Position numbers and translations under genes: made by a program
Shown: positions 24,038 to 31,807 of the stretch, in pieces
Position numbering within the stretch: the first letter of the stretch is position 1
How the letters are laid out: each line of letters opens with the position of its first letter
Origin: a virus
IMG/VR virus record: IMGVR_UViG_3300020202_000047
Location: 1 to 40,901 of that record
Direction: 5' to 3' (one strand)
Length of the DNA: 40,901 bases
The notes under the pieces: model-generated
Told to the model about the DNA's origin: nothing
Seen by the model: only the letters and a program-made list of their open reading frames with translations
Databases searched by the model: none

Positions 24038-24057
24038 GGGGCCATTTTGGGCATGGG
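24038..24057 (+). promoter_or_regulatory. Start-proximal motif GGGGCCATTTTGGGCATGGG, site D, in the divergent intergenic region.
   Basis: It lies between the minus-strand start (24014) and the plus-strand start (24053/24062). It overlaps the 14-bp perfect palindrome GGCCCCCGGGGGCC at 24030..24043. Confidence 0.55.
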
Positions 24058-24667
24058 CAGGATGCCGACGCCTGCCATCTCGCTGACCCTGCCGACCCTC
24101 GGCGTCACGCCCGGCGGCACCGACGCGTCGTCCTGGGGCGCGCTCATCAACGCGGCCCTGACGCTGCTGGCGACGAAGTTCCGGCTGCAGCTCATCGAGA
24201 CCCGGGCGCCGTCGGGTGTCCAGACGACGACCTTCGGCGACGTCACTCCGCTCGCCGGCGACACGGACGGCATCTACGTCGTCGTTGCCAAGGGCAAGAG
24301 CGCCGCGGCCGGCGACGGCAACGGCTACATCAAGCCCAACGGCGCGCTGACGAACGTCACGACGCAGTTTCTGCAGGGCGCGGGCGGCTCGGCGAACGCG
24401 AACAACGGCGCCCAGATCTCGTTCGTCACGCGCCAGGGCGGCACGTTCACGCTGTTCGCGATCATCTGGGCGACGAGCGGCGGTCGGCGCGCATGGGTCG
24501 CGCTCGCTGGCGCCGACAACGCAGCCGGCGCGGCTACCGACGTCGTCGCGACGTACGGCGTCTGGAACGACACCGCGACGGTGTTGACGACGCTCGCCCT
24601 CGACGGCGGCGCCGCCGCCGCGTGGGGCGCTGGTTCGACGGTCTCTCTCTACCGGCTCGGCACCTAG
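24053..24667 (+). CDS. Tail-fibre or receptor-binding-like protein (about 204 aa).
   Basis: The N-terminus PTPAISLTLPTLGVTPGGTDASSWGALINAALTLL resembles the conserved N-terminal motif of many minor-tail and fibre proteins. The rest is Gly/Ala/Thr-rich and beta-like. Confidence 0.55.
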   Translation: MGRMPTPAISLTLPTLGVTPGGTDASSWGALINAALTLLATKFRLQLIETRAPSGVQTTTFGDVTPLAGDTDGIYVVVAKGKSAAAGDGNGYIKPNGALTNVTTQFLQGAGGSANANNGAQISFVTRQGGTFTLFAIIWATSGGRRAWVALAGADNAAGAATDVVATYGVWNDTATVLTTLALDGGAAAAWGAGSTVSLYRLGT

Positions 24668-24681
24668 GAGGACACGAAGCG

Positions 24682-25158
24682 ATGAAAGAGCAAGCAAGGG
24701 CGTTTCCGGCATGGCCGACGGCTCCGGGCAACAACGCTACGATCGTCCTGTTCGCGACGCACGACCGGAAGGCCGGCGGGTCGGGCGACGTGTTCACCGG
24801 GATGAAGGGCGCCGAGGGCATCGCGCCCGAGGAGATCTCTGCCGTCGAGTTCACCTGGCACAAGAACGACCAGGCGAGCGCCGCGAACGGCATCCGCTGC
24901 TACGCCACCGACGACGGCGGGACGACCTGGCACGAGACGGACCTCAAGGACGACGCCAACGTCGCCACGATCGGCTCGGCAGCGCCGGTCCAGGTCAGGG
25001 CTCTCGCCGCGGGCGAGGAATGGCGAGAGACGTTCGTGGTCTCGCACCTCAAGGGGTTCTGTTTCGAGTACACCGCGGGGGCCACCGGGCCGACGGCGAC
25101 GACCGGCTGGCGCGGCACCATCGCCATTCACCGGAGCGCCCTGGCGGTGCAGCGGTGA
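24682..25158 (+). CDS. Hypothetical tail-module protein (158 aa).
   Basis: Strong SD TAGGAGGA lies 9 nt upstream of the ATG. High GC3. Confidence 0.7.
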   Translation: MKEQARAFPAWPTAPGNNATIVLFATHDRKAGGSGDVFTGMKGAEGIAPEEISAVEFTWHKNDQASAANGIRCYATDDGGTTWHETDLKDDANVATIGSAAPVQVRALAAGEEWRETFVVSHLKGFCFEYTAGATGPTATTGWRGTIAIHRSALAVQR

Positions 25159-25325
25159 GCGAGCCCTGTCTCCTGACGGAAGAGGAGTTCGCGCGGCTCG
25201 ACGCCCTGACGGATGAGCAGCGGTCGCGCATCCCCGAGGGCGCCCGCCTCGCGCACGAGCACGCGAAGAAGACCGGCAATCGACTCGGCAAGCCCGAAGC
25301 GGCGCCGAAGAGGGGCCGCAAGTGA
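25155..25325 (+). CDS. Hypothetical small protein (56 aa).
   Basis: GTGA overlap with the upstream stop. High GC3. Confidence 0.5.
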   Translation: MSEPCLLTEEEFARLDALTDEQRSRIPEGARLAHEHAKKTGNRLGKPEAAPKRGRK

Positions 25326-26056
25326 GCCGCCACCCGCTGCCGTACAGCACCGGCCCGCTCACCTTCCGCGAGTACGGGCTTCAGCGCGCCTTTCGTCTCC
25401 TGCGCACGTCGAACTTCGAGGAGCTGTACACCCCGTTCTTCCAGTCGACCGCGCCGTACGTGACCACGCAGTTCTGGGACGTCGCCAACGACATCGTGGG
25501 CGGCGGCTCCATCACGAGCCTGTCGACCGCGCCGACTCAGGTCGGCGGCGGCCTGCGCTGCACAACCGGCGCGGCGAACAATGCGGAGTCCCGTGCATTC
25601 ACGCCGGGGTTTCTCGTCGCCGCGATGTGCGGCGCTTCGGGCTGGATGGCCCGCGTGCGGTTGCAGCCCATCACCGCAGTCGCGGCTCGGCAGCGGTTCG
25701 CCTTGCAGCTGGGCGACAGCAAGGCCGAGGTGTCGCTGGGCGTCCACGGGGCGAGCGTGACGGGTGGCAGTGCCACCAAGTTCTCTATGATCAAGAAGGA
25801 CAGCGGGAACGTGGACCGCGCGGGTGCCACGTCCACGATCTCGCTCGACCTCAACCCGCACGTCCTCGAGATCTGGCACCCGGTGGGCGACGCGAACATT
25901 TACGGCTCGGTTGACCATGAGCCGGCACTGTCGATGAGCGGCGCCGACATGGCAAACGGGAAGGGGCAGTTCCTCTGCGGCGCCGAGTGCGGGGCCGATG
26001 CCGCCGCTTACACCGTCGATCTCTTCGAGGCGCAGATCATCATCGTGAGGCCTTGA
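25322..26056 (+). CDS. Hypothetical tail-module protein (244 aa, beta-rich).
   Basis: GTGA overlap with the upstream stop. High GC3. Confidence 0.65.
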   Translation: MSRHPLPYSTGPLTFREYGLQRAFRLLRTSNFEELYTPFFQSTAPYVTTQFWDVANDIVGGGSITSLSTAPTQVGGGLRCTTGAANNAESRAFTPGFLVAAMCGASGWMARVRLQPITAVAARQRFALQLGDSKAEVSLGVHGASVTGGSATKFSMIKKDSGNVDRAGATSTISLDLNPHVLEIWHPVGDANIYGSVDHEPALSMSGADMANGKGQFLCGAECGADAAAYTVDLFEAQIIIVRP

Positions 26057-26062
26057 TCGGCC

Positions 26063-27115
26063 GTGGGGCGGTTGGCGGTGCCCTTCGCTGATACGGCGCT
26101 AGAGCGCTTCTACCAGAAGCGGCAGCGGGTGATGCAGTGGTGCTGGGGCTCCTCTGCCCCGCCCTCGACGGGTCCCGACACCATCACCACCGCCACGGGC
26201 GCGGACCTCATCGCCGCTGGTAAGGCGAGCGGAACGATCGCCGGGGCTGCCTCGACGCAACTCTGGCGCATCAACGGCGTCTTCCCCGAGCTCTACACGT
26301 ACGCCCACTTCCACACGCCCTCGTCGCCGGCCACGACCCCGCGGGTCATCGTGCTGCACCAAGGCCACGATGTGATGTACCAGGGCGCGCTGGCGACGTG
26401 CGCCGAGTACTTCCTGGCGCGCGGCTACCACGTCGTCAACATGGCGATGCCCTGTTGGGCTCCCGGCAACGGCGTCACCGGGTCTCCCGTCTCGGTTGCG
26501 CTGCAGTCCGGCGCCCCGGTGAACGTCGAGAGTCACGCGGATCTCGGAACGCTTCACGCCACGGGGCGCGACGTGCGCAATCCGATCCGGCTCTACCTCG
26601 ATCCGGTCATCCGGGTCATCAACCGCCTCGTCGACACGCTCGCGTTCGGCAGGCGCGTCTACCTCTGCGGTCTCTCGGGCGGGGGATGGACGACGCACAT
26701 GATCGCGGCGCTCGACACGCGCATCCGCCTTTCGTACCCGTGGGCGGGTTTCATGCCGTTCGACATGCCGTGCTGGGGCGTGTCTGCCGGCGATTGGGAG
26801 CAGACCGACGGACGCACCCTCTACGCGGTCGCCAGCGTGCGCGAGCTGTTCGCGATGGGGGCACTCGAGGGCCGCCGCGTGCTCCAGGGGCTCAACAACC
26901 TGGACTACGCCTTCTGGTACGACGTCACCGGGGACCCGGGCCGCCCAAACCAGAAGGCAGCCGTCGACGGCTACGTCGCTGACGTGCAGGCGCTCCTCGG
27001 CGCAAGCGGAACGTTCTCGCTCTACGTCGATACGTCGACGGCAGACATGCAGCACACGATTTCCCCGACGAGCTGCGGGGTGATTCACGCCGACATACTG
27101 GCGAACGACCCGTGA
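26063..27115 (+). CDS. Alpha/beta-hydrolase-fold esterase-like protein.
   Basis: Nucleophile elbow GxSxG in VYLCGLSGGGWTTHM, and an upstream HQGHD oxyanion-like segment. It is the last gene of the fibre module. Confidence 0.6.
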   Translation: MGRLAVPFADTALERFYQKRQRVMQWCWGSSAPPSTGPDTITTATGADLIAAGKASGTIAGAASTQLWRINGVFPELYTYAHFHTPSSPATTPRVIVLHQGHDVMYQGALATCAEYFLARGYHVVNMAMPCWAPGNGVTGSPVSVALQSGAPVNVESHADLGTLHATGRDVRNPIRLYLDPVIRVINRLVDTLAFGRRVYLCGLSGGGWTTHMIAALDTRIRLSYPWAGFMPFDMPCWGVSAGDWEQTDGRTLYAVASVRELFAMGALEGRRVLQGLNNLDYAFWYDVTGDPGRPNQKAAVDGYVADVQALLGASGTFSLYVDTSTADMQHTISPTSCGVIHADILANDP

Positions 27116-27132
27116 GGAAGGAGCGCCGATGA

Positions 27133-27432
27133 GTGGGAGAACTGAGCAACGACAAGAACAACTCACCTGGGCGCGACCCCTCGGGCTCATGGCCGCGGTC
27201 GCTCTCGCCGCACTCGTCGTCATGGCGGGTCGTGGTGAATCTCGGCGCTATGGCGCTGGCCGCGTGGACCGTTCCGGCCATTTTCAAGGACCACACGATC
27301 CCCTGGCCGTACCGGCTGGGATCGACGCTGGTGATCGTGCTGGTGGCGGCGCTGCCGGGGGACGATTTCAGTCGTCTCGCGACGGTGGTGCTGGACCGAC
27401 TCCCGTTCACGGGACGCGGCGGTAAGCAGTGA
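27133..27432 (+). CDS. Membrane protein (holin candidate) with two TM helices in the C-terminal half.
   Basis: SD GAGGAAGGAG lies upstream. Hand-tallied GC3 favours this frame over the overlapping ATG-27129 frame. TM segments are LGAMALAAWTVPAIF and LGSTLVIVLVAALPG. Confidence 0.5.
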   Translation: MGELSNDKNNSPGRDPSGSWPRSLSPHSSSWRVVVNLGAMALAAWTVPAIFKDHTIPWPYRLGSTLVIVLVAALPGDDFSRLATVVLDRLPFTGRGGKQ

Positions 27433-27806
27433 GCATCTTCGCGCTCCTGCTCGCGTTCCAGGTCAAGCACTTCCTGGCCGACCACCCGCTGCAGACGCCG
27501 TACATGCTCGGCAAGTTCAAGCCGGGGTGGGAGTTCGCGGGGCCGTTGGCCGCGCACTGTGCGGTTCACGCGCTGATGACATTCGCCATCGCGTTCGCGT
27601 CGTCGAGAAGCGTCGGGCTCGCCGCGCTGCTTGCTGCGGTCGATTTCGTTGCGCACTGGAACATGGACCGCATCAAAGCTGGTCCGCGGTACCTCGGACG
27701 GTTCAAGGACATGAAGGCGCCCGCCTTCTGGTGGTGCCTCGGCGCCGACCAAGCCGTCCACCACCTGACTCACTACGCGATCATCTTCGCGCTGGTGTCG
27801 CTGTGA
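27429..27806 (+). CDS. DUF3307-like integral membrane protein.
   Basis: VKHFLADHPLQT and VAHWNMDRIK...AVHHLTHY resemble the His/Asp-containing DUF3307 pattern. Several hydrophobic helices are present. GTGA start overlap. Confidence 0.55.
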   Translation: MSIFALLLAFQVKHFLADHPLQTPYMLGKFKPGWEFAGPLAAHCAVHALMTFAIAFASSRSVGLAALLAAVDFVAHWNMDRIKAGPRYLGRFKDMKAPAFWWCLGADQAVHHLTHYAIIFALVSL

Positions 27807-27870
27807 GCGCGCTCGTTTTCTACGTCTGGGTCGTGGCGTCGCTGTGGATGAACCGGAAGGAGTAGCACCA

Positions 27871-28134
27871 ATGCGCAAAGCACCCTGGAAGAACGGCAAC
27901 GTCGCGATCGCCTCGACGACCGCGGTCTGCGGAGCGATCGCCGTGGCGGTACCGCCGGCCGCTCCCGTCTGCGCAATCGCCGCCGGCGGCGTCGCGGCCG
28001 TCGTGTGGGGCGCGCGCCTGTGGAAGCGCATCCGCGGGGGCGACGTCGCGGGCGCCTTCGAGGCCGGGACCGAGGCGGTGGAAGCTGGGAAGGGCGTCGT
28101 CGAGGCGTTCAACAAGTCGCGCGGCAAGAAGTAG
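27871..28134 (+). CDS. Small membrane protein (87 aa). Holin or antiholin candidate.
   Basis: SD GGAAGGAG lies 8 nt upstream of the ATG. Hydrophobic stretch VAIASTTAVCGAIAVAVPPAAPVCAIAAGGVAAVVW. Confidence 0.6.
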   Translation: MRKAPWKNGNVAIASTTAVCGAIAVAVPPAAPVCAIAAGGVAAVVWGARLWKRIRGGDVAGAFEAGTEAVEAGKGVVEAFNKSRGKK

Positions 28135-28138
28135 TCCC

Positions 28139-28654
28139 ATGTCCGCATTCCTCGGCCGCGTCCTCGAAATCGCCGCCGGTGAGGTCGGCGTGCGGGAGGT
28201 CGGCGGCGCGAACCGTGGGCCGCGAGTGAAGGAATACCTGCGCTCGATCGGCCTCGACGAGGGGCATCCGTGGTGCGCGGCGTTCCTTTTCTGGTGCTGG
28301 GAGCAGGCGGCGCGCGACTGCTCGGTCCACAACCCGATGCCCCGCACCGGGAAGGTGGCGACCTTGTGGCGCCGGGCGGCCCTGCAGCGCACCCCGCATC
28401 CCTTCCCCGGGGCGGTGTTCGTGCACCTCACCGACCCGGCAGACCCGGCGAGCAAGGGTCACTGCGGGATCGTGGAGTCGGTCGCGGGCACGCACGTTGT
28501 CGCGATCGAAGGGAACACGAACGAGCACGGCTCACGCGAGGGCGTGATGGTGCGCCGGCAGATGCGCCCGACGCTCGGAAGCCCGTACATCACCGGGTGG
28601 CTGAATCTCGACATCGTGGCCGGCCCGGAAGACCCGACGGTGCGCGTCCGATGA
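28139..28654 (+). CDS. Endolysin, CHAP/NlpC-P60-like peptidoglycan hydrolase (TIGR02594-like).
   Basis: GVREVGGANRGPRVKEYL...HPWCAAFLFWC supplies the catalytic Cys context. GHCGIVESV...VAIEGNTN supplies the His context. Both are typical of phage CHAP-type lysins. Confidence 0.75.
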   Translation: MSAFLGRVLEIAAGEVGVREVGGANRGPRVKEYLRSIGLDEGHPWCAAFLFWCWEQAARDCSVHNPMPRTGKVATLWRRAALQRTPHPFPGAVFVHLTDPADPASKGHCGIVESVAGTHVVAIEGNTNEHGSREGVMVRRQMRPTLGSPYITGWLNLDIVAGPEDPTVRVR

Positions 28655-28809
28655 AAACCGTGACCATCACGGTCAACGACGGGTCCCGCTTCAAGGTCGG
28701 CACCCGCTACGAGCTCGCCGCCAAGGACGGGCGGCGGTGCGAGGTCATTTGCATCGAGGTCGACGGTGACGACGTCACCTTCAAGATGGTCGAGGTGGCG
28801 CAGGCATGA
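28651..28809 (+). CDS. Hypothetical small protein (52 aa).
   Basis: ATGA overlap with the endolysin stop. High GC3. Confidence 0.5.
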   Translation: MKTVTITVNDGSRFKVGTRYELAAKDGRRCEVICIEVDGDDVTFKMVEVAQA

Positions 28810-28964
28810 AAACGCGCACCGTGGAGGCGTGCAAGTCCAAGTACGTGCGAATCAGCGACCGCAAGTTCTGGAAGCGGCTCACGCACAAGCTGTGGCGAAA
28901 GATGGCCAAGGAGGCGCCCGAGGACGCCCCAAGGCGCAAACCCATCCGTGGGTGGATCGACTGA
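28806..28964 (+). CDS. Hypothetical small basic protein (52 aa).
   Basis: ATGA overlap with the upstream stop. It is below the ORF-track length cut-off. Confidence 0.45.
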   Translation: MKTRTVEACKSKYVRISDRKFWKRLTHKLWRKMAKEAPEDAPRRKPIRGWID

Positions 28965-29266
28965 TGAGGCTGCGGGCGAAGGTCGACAACAACCACGCGG
29001 AAATCGTCCGCGCCTTGCGCGCAGCGGGGCGGCGTGTGCTCGACCTGTCGCGCGTCGGCTCGGGCTGCCCGGACATACTCGTCGGGTGGGGCGGCCGCCA
29101 GGTGCTCATGGAGATCAAGTGCGACAAGGGCAAGTTGACGCCGCAGCAGGAGGCGTTCCGCGCGTCCTGGCCCTGTCCTGTCGTCGTCGTGCGTTCCGTC
29201 GGCGAAGCACTCGCCGCGACGGGGGTGTCCGATGCCGTCCCAGCGGCTCGGCCAGACGGCGGCTGA
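28964..29266 (+). CDS. VRR-NUC / PD-(D/E)XK nuclease-like protein.
   Basis: GCPDILVGWGGRQVLMEIKCDKGKLTPQQ carries the PD...ExK catalytic pattern and the KLxxxQ segment typical of VRR-NUC domains. Confidence 0.65.
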   Translation: MRLRAKVDNNHAEIVRALRAAGRRVLDLSRVGSGCPDILVGWGGRQVLMEIKCDKGKLTPQQEAFRASWPCPVVVVRSVGEALAATGVSDAVPAARPDGG

Positions 29267-29543
29267 CGTTCTCGACGAGGTCGTCGACGAGCTCGAGTTC
29301 GCGGCGAACGCCCACGGGAAGCACGCCGAGCACTACGAGAAACTAGGGCTGCGGAACCCGACGGAAGTCGAGTACGCGTTCAGGCGCATGGCCGAGCTGG
29401 CGAAGGCTCAGGCCCTCAAGTCGTTCGCCGAGACGTACCAGGAGCGGGCGAGGCTCATCCGCGTGCACGACGAGGCGATCACGAAGCGGACGTTCATCCC
29501 GCGCGCGCCGTCGTGGTGGCGGCGGTGGTTCGGGAGGGGGTAA
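29232..29543 (+). CDS. Hypothetical protein (103 aa).
   Basis: ORF with good GC3. It overlaps the upstream gene by 35 nt, so the start is uncertain. Confidence 0.5.
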   Translation: MPSQRLGQTAADVLDEVVDELEFAANAHGKHAEHYEKLGLRNPTEVEYAFRRMAELAKAQALKSFAETYQERARLIRVHDEAITKRTFIPRAPSWWRRWFGRG

Positions 29544-29552
29544 GATCCGCGC

Positions 29553-29825
29553 ATGGCGCATTCACCGGGGCCGTGGCGGTGGGACAGCAGCGGCGCGCCC
29601 ATCCTTGAGGACGCAAACGGCACGTTCATCCTTGCCGTCGAGATGGGCAGGACCGACGACGCCGACGCCCGCCTCATCGCCGCCGCGCCTGAGCTACTCG
29701 TCCGCTTCAAGCGCCGCGTTGCCGTGTGCAAGGACTGCGACCCTCCCGTCGCGTGCCCGGTGTGCGTTGAGGACATGGCCCTGCTCGACCGCATCGAACC
29801 TGACGACGACGTGATAGACACGTAG
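29553..29825 (+). CDS. Hypothetical protein of the common phage PGPW...LIAAAPELL type.
   Basis: SPGPWRW...ARLIAAAPELL is a pattern recurrent in small phage proteins of unknown function. A C-terminal CxxC...CxxC is present. Confidence 0.65.
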   Translation: MAHSPGPWRWDSSGAPILEDANGTFILAVEMGRTDDADARLIAAAPELLVRFKRRVAVCKDCDPPVACPVCVEDMALLDRIEPDDDVIDT

Positions 29826-29826
29826 C

Positions 29827-30375
29827 GTGACCGCGGACGAGTTGCGCCGCCGCGCAGACGAGCTGGACCGAGAAGGTGAAGATGCCCTGGAAAAGGGCGA
29901 CACCATCCGCGCGAGCATGTGCTTCCTGCGCGCGGAGATGCGGCGCGAAGTCGCCGCCGAGATCGACCGGGTCGGGATTCACAAGGGGCACACGCTCACC
30001 CCCGCCGGAATGAAACGCGCGGCGAAGCGCCTTGACGAGCTCAAGCGGCGGCTCGGCGCCGCGGTGGAACAAGTCCGCGACGTCCGCGTCCAGGCGGAGG
30101 CGTTGACTTCGGTCAACACCACGGGCAAGACTAAGGGCGTGACGCCAGAGCATCGCGCCCGCCTCGGAGGGGCCGCCAGAAAGCGGAAGCATGGCCTCTA
30201 CGAGCACATCGGGGAGGGCAAGAAATACCCGTCCCTGCGCGCGCTGGCGGCCGAAATCCCCATGGATCCCGGGTTCTTGAGCCGCTGCATGAAGGGCGAC
30301 CAGTCCATGCCCGACGACAAGGCCGCCCGCATCGAAGCTCTCACGGGCTATCCAAAAGACGAGTGGTCCCGCTGA
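29827..30375 (+). CDS. Putative HTH DNA-binding regulator (182 aa).
   Basis: C-terminal YPSLRALAAEIPMDPGFLSRCMKGDQSMPDDKAARIEALTGYP looks like an XRE/Cro-type HTH. The gene ends 25 nt upstream of the palindromic operator. Confidence 0.55.
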   Translation: MTADELRRRADELDREGEDALEKGDTIRASMCFLRAEMRREVAAEIDRVGIHKGHTLTPAGMKRAAKRLDELKRRLGAAVEQVRDVRVQAEALTSVNTTGKTKGVTPEHRARLGGAARKRKHGLYEHIGEGKKYPSLRALAAEIPMDPGFLSRCMKGDQSMPDDKAARIEALTGYPKDEWSR

Positions 30376-30399
30376 GTTAGTCATCAGCGTTGATTTAGT

Positions 30400-30428
30400 G
30401 TTGACCTAGTCAACAGCGCGAGTATGCT
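30400..30428 (+). promoter_or_regulatory. Sigma70-like early promoter (TTGACC-16 nt-TATGCT). The perfect palindrome GTTGACCTAGTCAAC overlaps the -35 element.
   Basis: -35 at 30401-30406 and -10 at 30423-30428. Extra GTTGAY half-sites are at 30389 and 30429. This is the most AT-rich spot of the region. ATG 30437 lies about 9 nt after the -10. Confidence 0.65.
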
Positions 30429-30436
30429 GTTGACCA

Positions 30437-30628
30437 ATGACGACGCTACAGACGCTTGAGGCGGCCCGGGGCGAGACGCGCGGGATTGGCCCGTTCGTTT
30501 CGTTCGATACGTCCCGGCGCTGCGTGAAGTGCCGCGGGCCGTACCCGCATCACTGGAACACGCGGTGCTTCGAGACGCATCCGGCCGGCCCTGACGTGCG
30601 CGCGGACCACGTCGTCGAGGGAGGGTGA
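30437..30628 (+). CDS. Hypothetical early protein (63 aa). Probably translated from a leaderless or near-leaderless mRNA.
   Basis: It is the first ORF after the promoter. Cys/His residues (CVKC...HH...C) are present. Confidence 0.55.
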   Translation: MTTLQTLEAARGETRGIGPFVSFDTSRRCVKCRGPYPHHWNTRCFETHPAGPDVRADHVVEGG

Positions 30629-30630
30629 GC

Positions 30631-30930
30631 ATGGATCAGGTCAACAACGAGCGGCGGTGGTACCGGGTGAGCGACGACGGGATGGCCATCAGCGCGTACA
30701 CCGCGCGGCAGATGGCCGAGGTGCCCGCGCACGAGGTGACGCCGTCGAGCTTCTTCACGTGCCTGATGACGGCGCTTCTCGTCGGGCATGAGCGTCGCCG
30801 GGTGGCGGCCATCGCGGCTGCTTGGGACGTGGAGGATGCGCAGACTCGCCGGGCCATCACCGAGGCGCACCTGAGGGCGTTCGCGTCGGCGCAGGCGTCG
30901 GTGCTCACGGGCGTGGGGTTCGGGTCGTGA
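30631..30930 (+). CDS. Hypothetical protein (99 aa).
   Basis: SD GAGGGAGGG lies 6 nt upstream of ATG 30631. An in-frame GTG at 30625 is also possible. Confidence 0.6.
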   Translation: MDQVNNERRWYRVSDDGMAISAYTARQMAEVPAHEVTPSSFFTCLMTALLVGHERRRVAAIAAAWDVEDAQTRRAITEAHLRAFASAQASVLTGVGFGS

Positions 30931-31006
30931 GCGACGAGCAGCGGGGCTTCTGTCCGGTCTGCAGGCAACACATGCGGCGCTGTAACTGCGCCAGGAGGCA
31001 GGGACG

Positions 31007-31807
31007 ATGAACGCGGCGAACGGTACGACGACCCAGCATCAGAACGGCGCGCCAGTCGGGCCGCTCCCGCCGCAGTCCGAGGCGCAACTGCACGCGTCAC
31101 CGGGCATCGGCAAGATCGCCCAGGCGCTGGCGCACGCGCAGGGCGAGTTCGGCGCCATCGAGAAGAACCGCCGGGTGAAGGTGACGTCGAAGAGCGGTGC
31201 TAGCTACGAGTTCGACTACGCGACGCTCGACGAGATCTTGGCGAAGACGCGCCCGGCGCTCGCCAAGCACGAGATCGCGCTGACGCAGCACCTGCTCGCC
31301 GCGGACGGGCGGCCCCGGCTGCGGACCATGCTCCTGCACTCGTCGGGCGAGTGGCTGGCGTCCGAGTTCCCGCTGCCCGGAGGCGCCCCCGACAGCCCCC
31401 AGGCGTACGGCTCTCTCCTCACGTACATGCGCCGGTACGCCATCACCGCGCTGCTCGGAGTGGCGGCCGACGAGGACGACGACGGCAACGCCGCCGAAGG
31501 AAATCAGGCGAAGGGGACGGAGCGACCGACGAGCCGGAAGCCGCCGCCAGCGCTGGCGTCGCAGGACAAGGTCGCCGCGCTTCGCGACCTGATGCTCAAA
31601 GAGCACGGCTGGAAGAAAGAGCGCGCGATGAAGTGGCTCCGGGTGCTCTTCGACGTCGAGGGGCCGGCAGACCTCACCGTCGCGCAGGCCGACGTCGCCG
31701 AGGCGATCCTTGTCGCCCTCAAGTCGAGCATCGAGGACTACCGGGCCGAGATCGCGAAGTGGATCGGCAGGGGGCTTGTGCGCAAGGAGGCGGCCGATGT
31801 CGAGTGA
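31007..31807 (+). CDS. erf: ERF-family single-strand annealing recombinase.
   Basis: KIAQALAHAQGEFGAIEKNRRV...YEFDYATLDEIL...LLHSSGEW...QAYGSLLTYMRRYAITALLGVAADEDDDGN follows the ERF family pattern, including the acidic DDDG tail segment. Confidence 0.8.
   Translation: MNAANGTTTQHQNGAPVGPLPPQSEAQLHASPGIGKIAQALAHAQGEFGAIEKNRRVKVTSKSGASYEFDYATLDEILAKTRPALAKHEIALTQHLLAADGRPRLRTMLLHSSGEWLASEFPLPGGAPDSPQAYGSLLTYMRRYAITALLGVAADEDDDGNAAEGNQAKGTERPTSRKPPPALASQDKVAALRDLMLKEHGWKKERAMKWLRVLFDVEGPADLTVAQADVAEAILVALKSSIEDYRAEIAKWIGRGLVRKEAADVE

Noticed and set aside
27129-27425. ATG-27129 ORF (98 aa) as the real first lysis-cassette gene, or a programmed frameshift joining it to the 27133 frame.
   Set aside because: After the first 35 codons or so, its third positions become T/A-rich and the sequence turns Gly/Arg-rich. 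The 27133 frame keeps coding bias throughout. No slippery sequence was identified, so the frameshift idea is unsupported.
27843-27851. DnaA boxes that could serve the DnaA domain-IV protein (TGTGGATGA at 27843, ATCCACA-type near-matches at about 33813 and 3586).
   Set aside because: These are isolated 7-8 of 9 matches scattered inside coding regions. No cluster suggests an origin.
30927-31010. A 27-aa GTG ORF (VSDEQRGFCPVCRQHMRRCNCARRQGR) and a 20-aa GTG ORF at 27803..27865 as genes.
   Set aside because: They fit the overlap-coupled gene style but are too short to support without comparative or expression data, so they are left unannotated.
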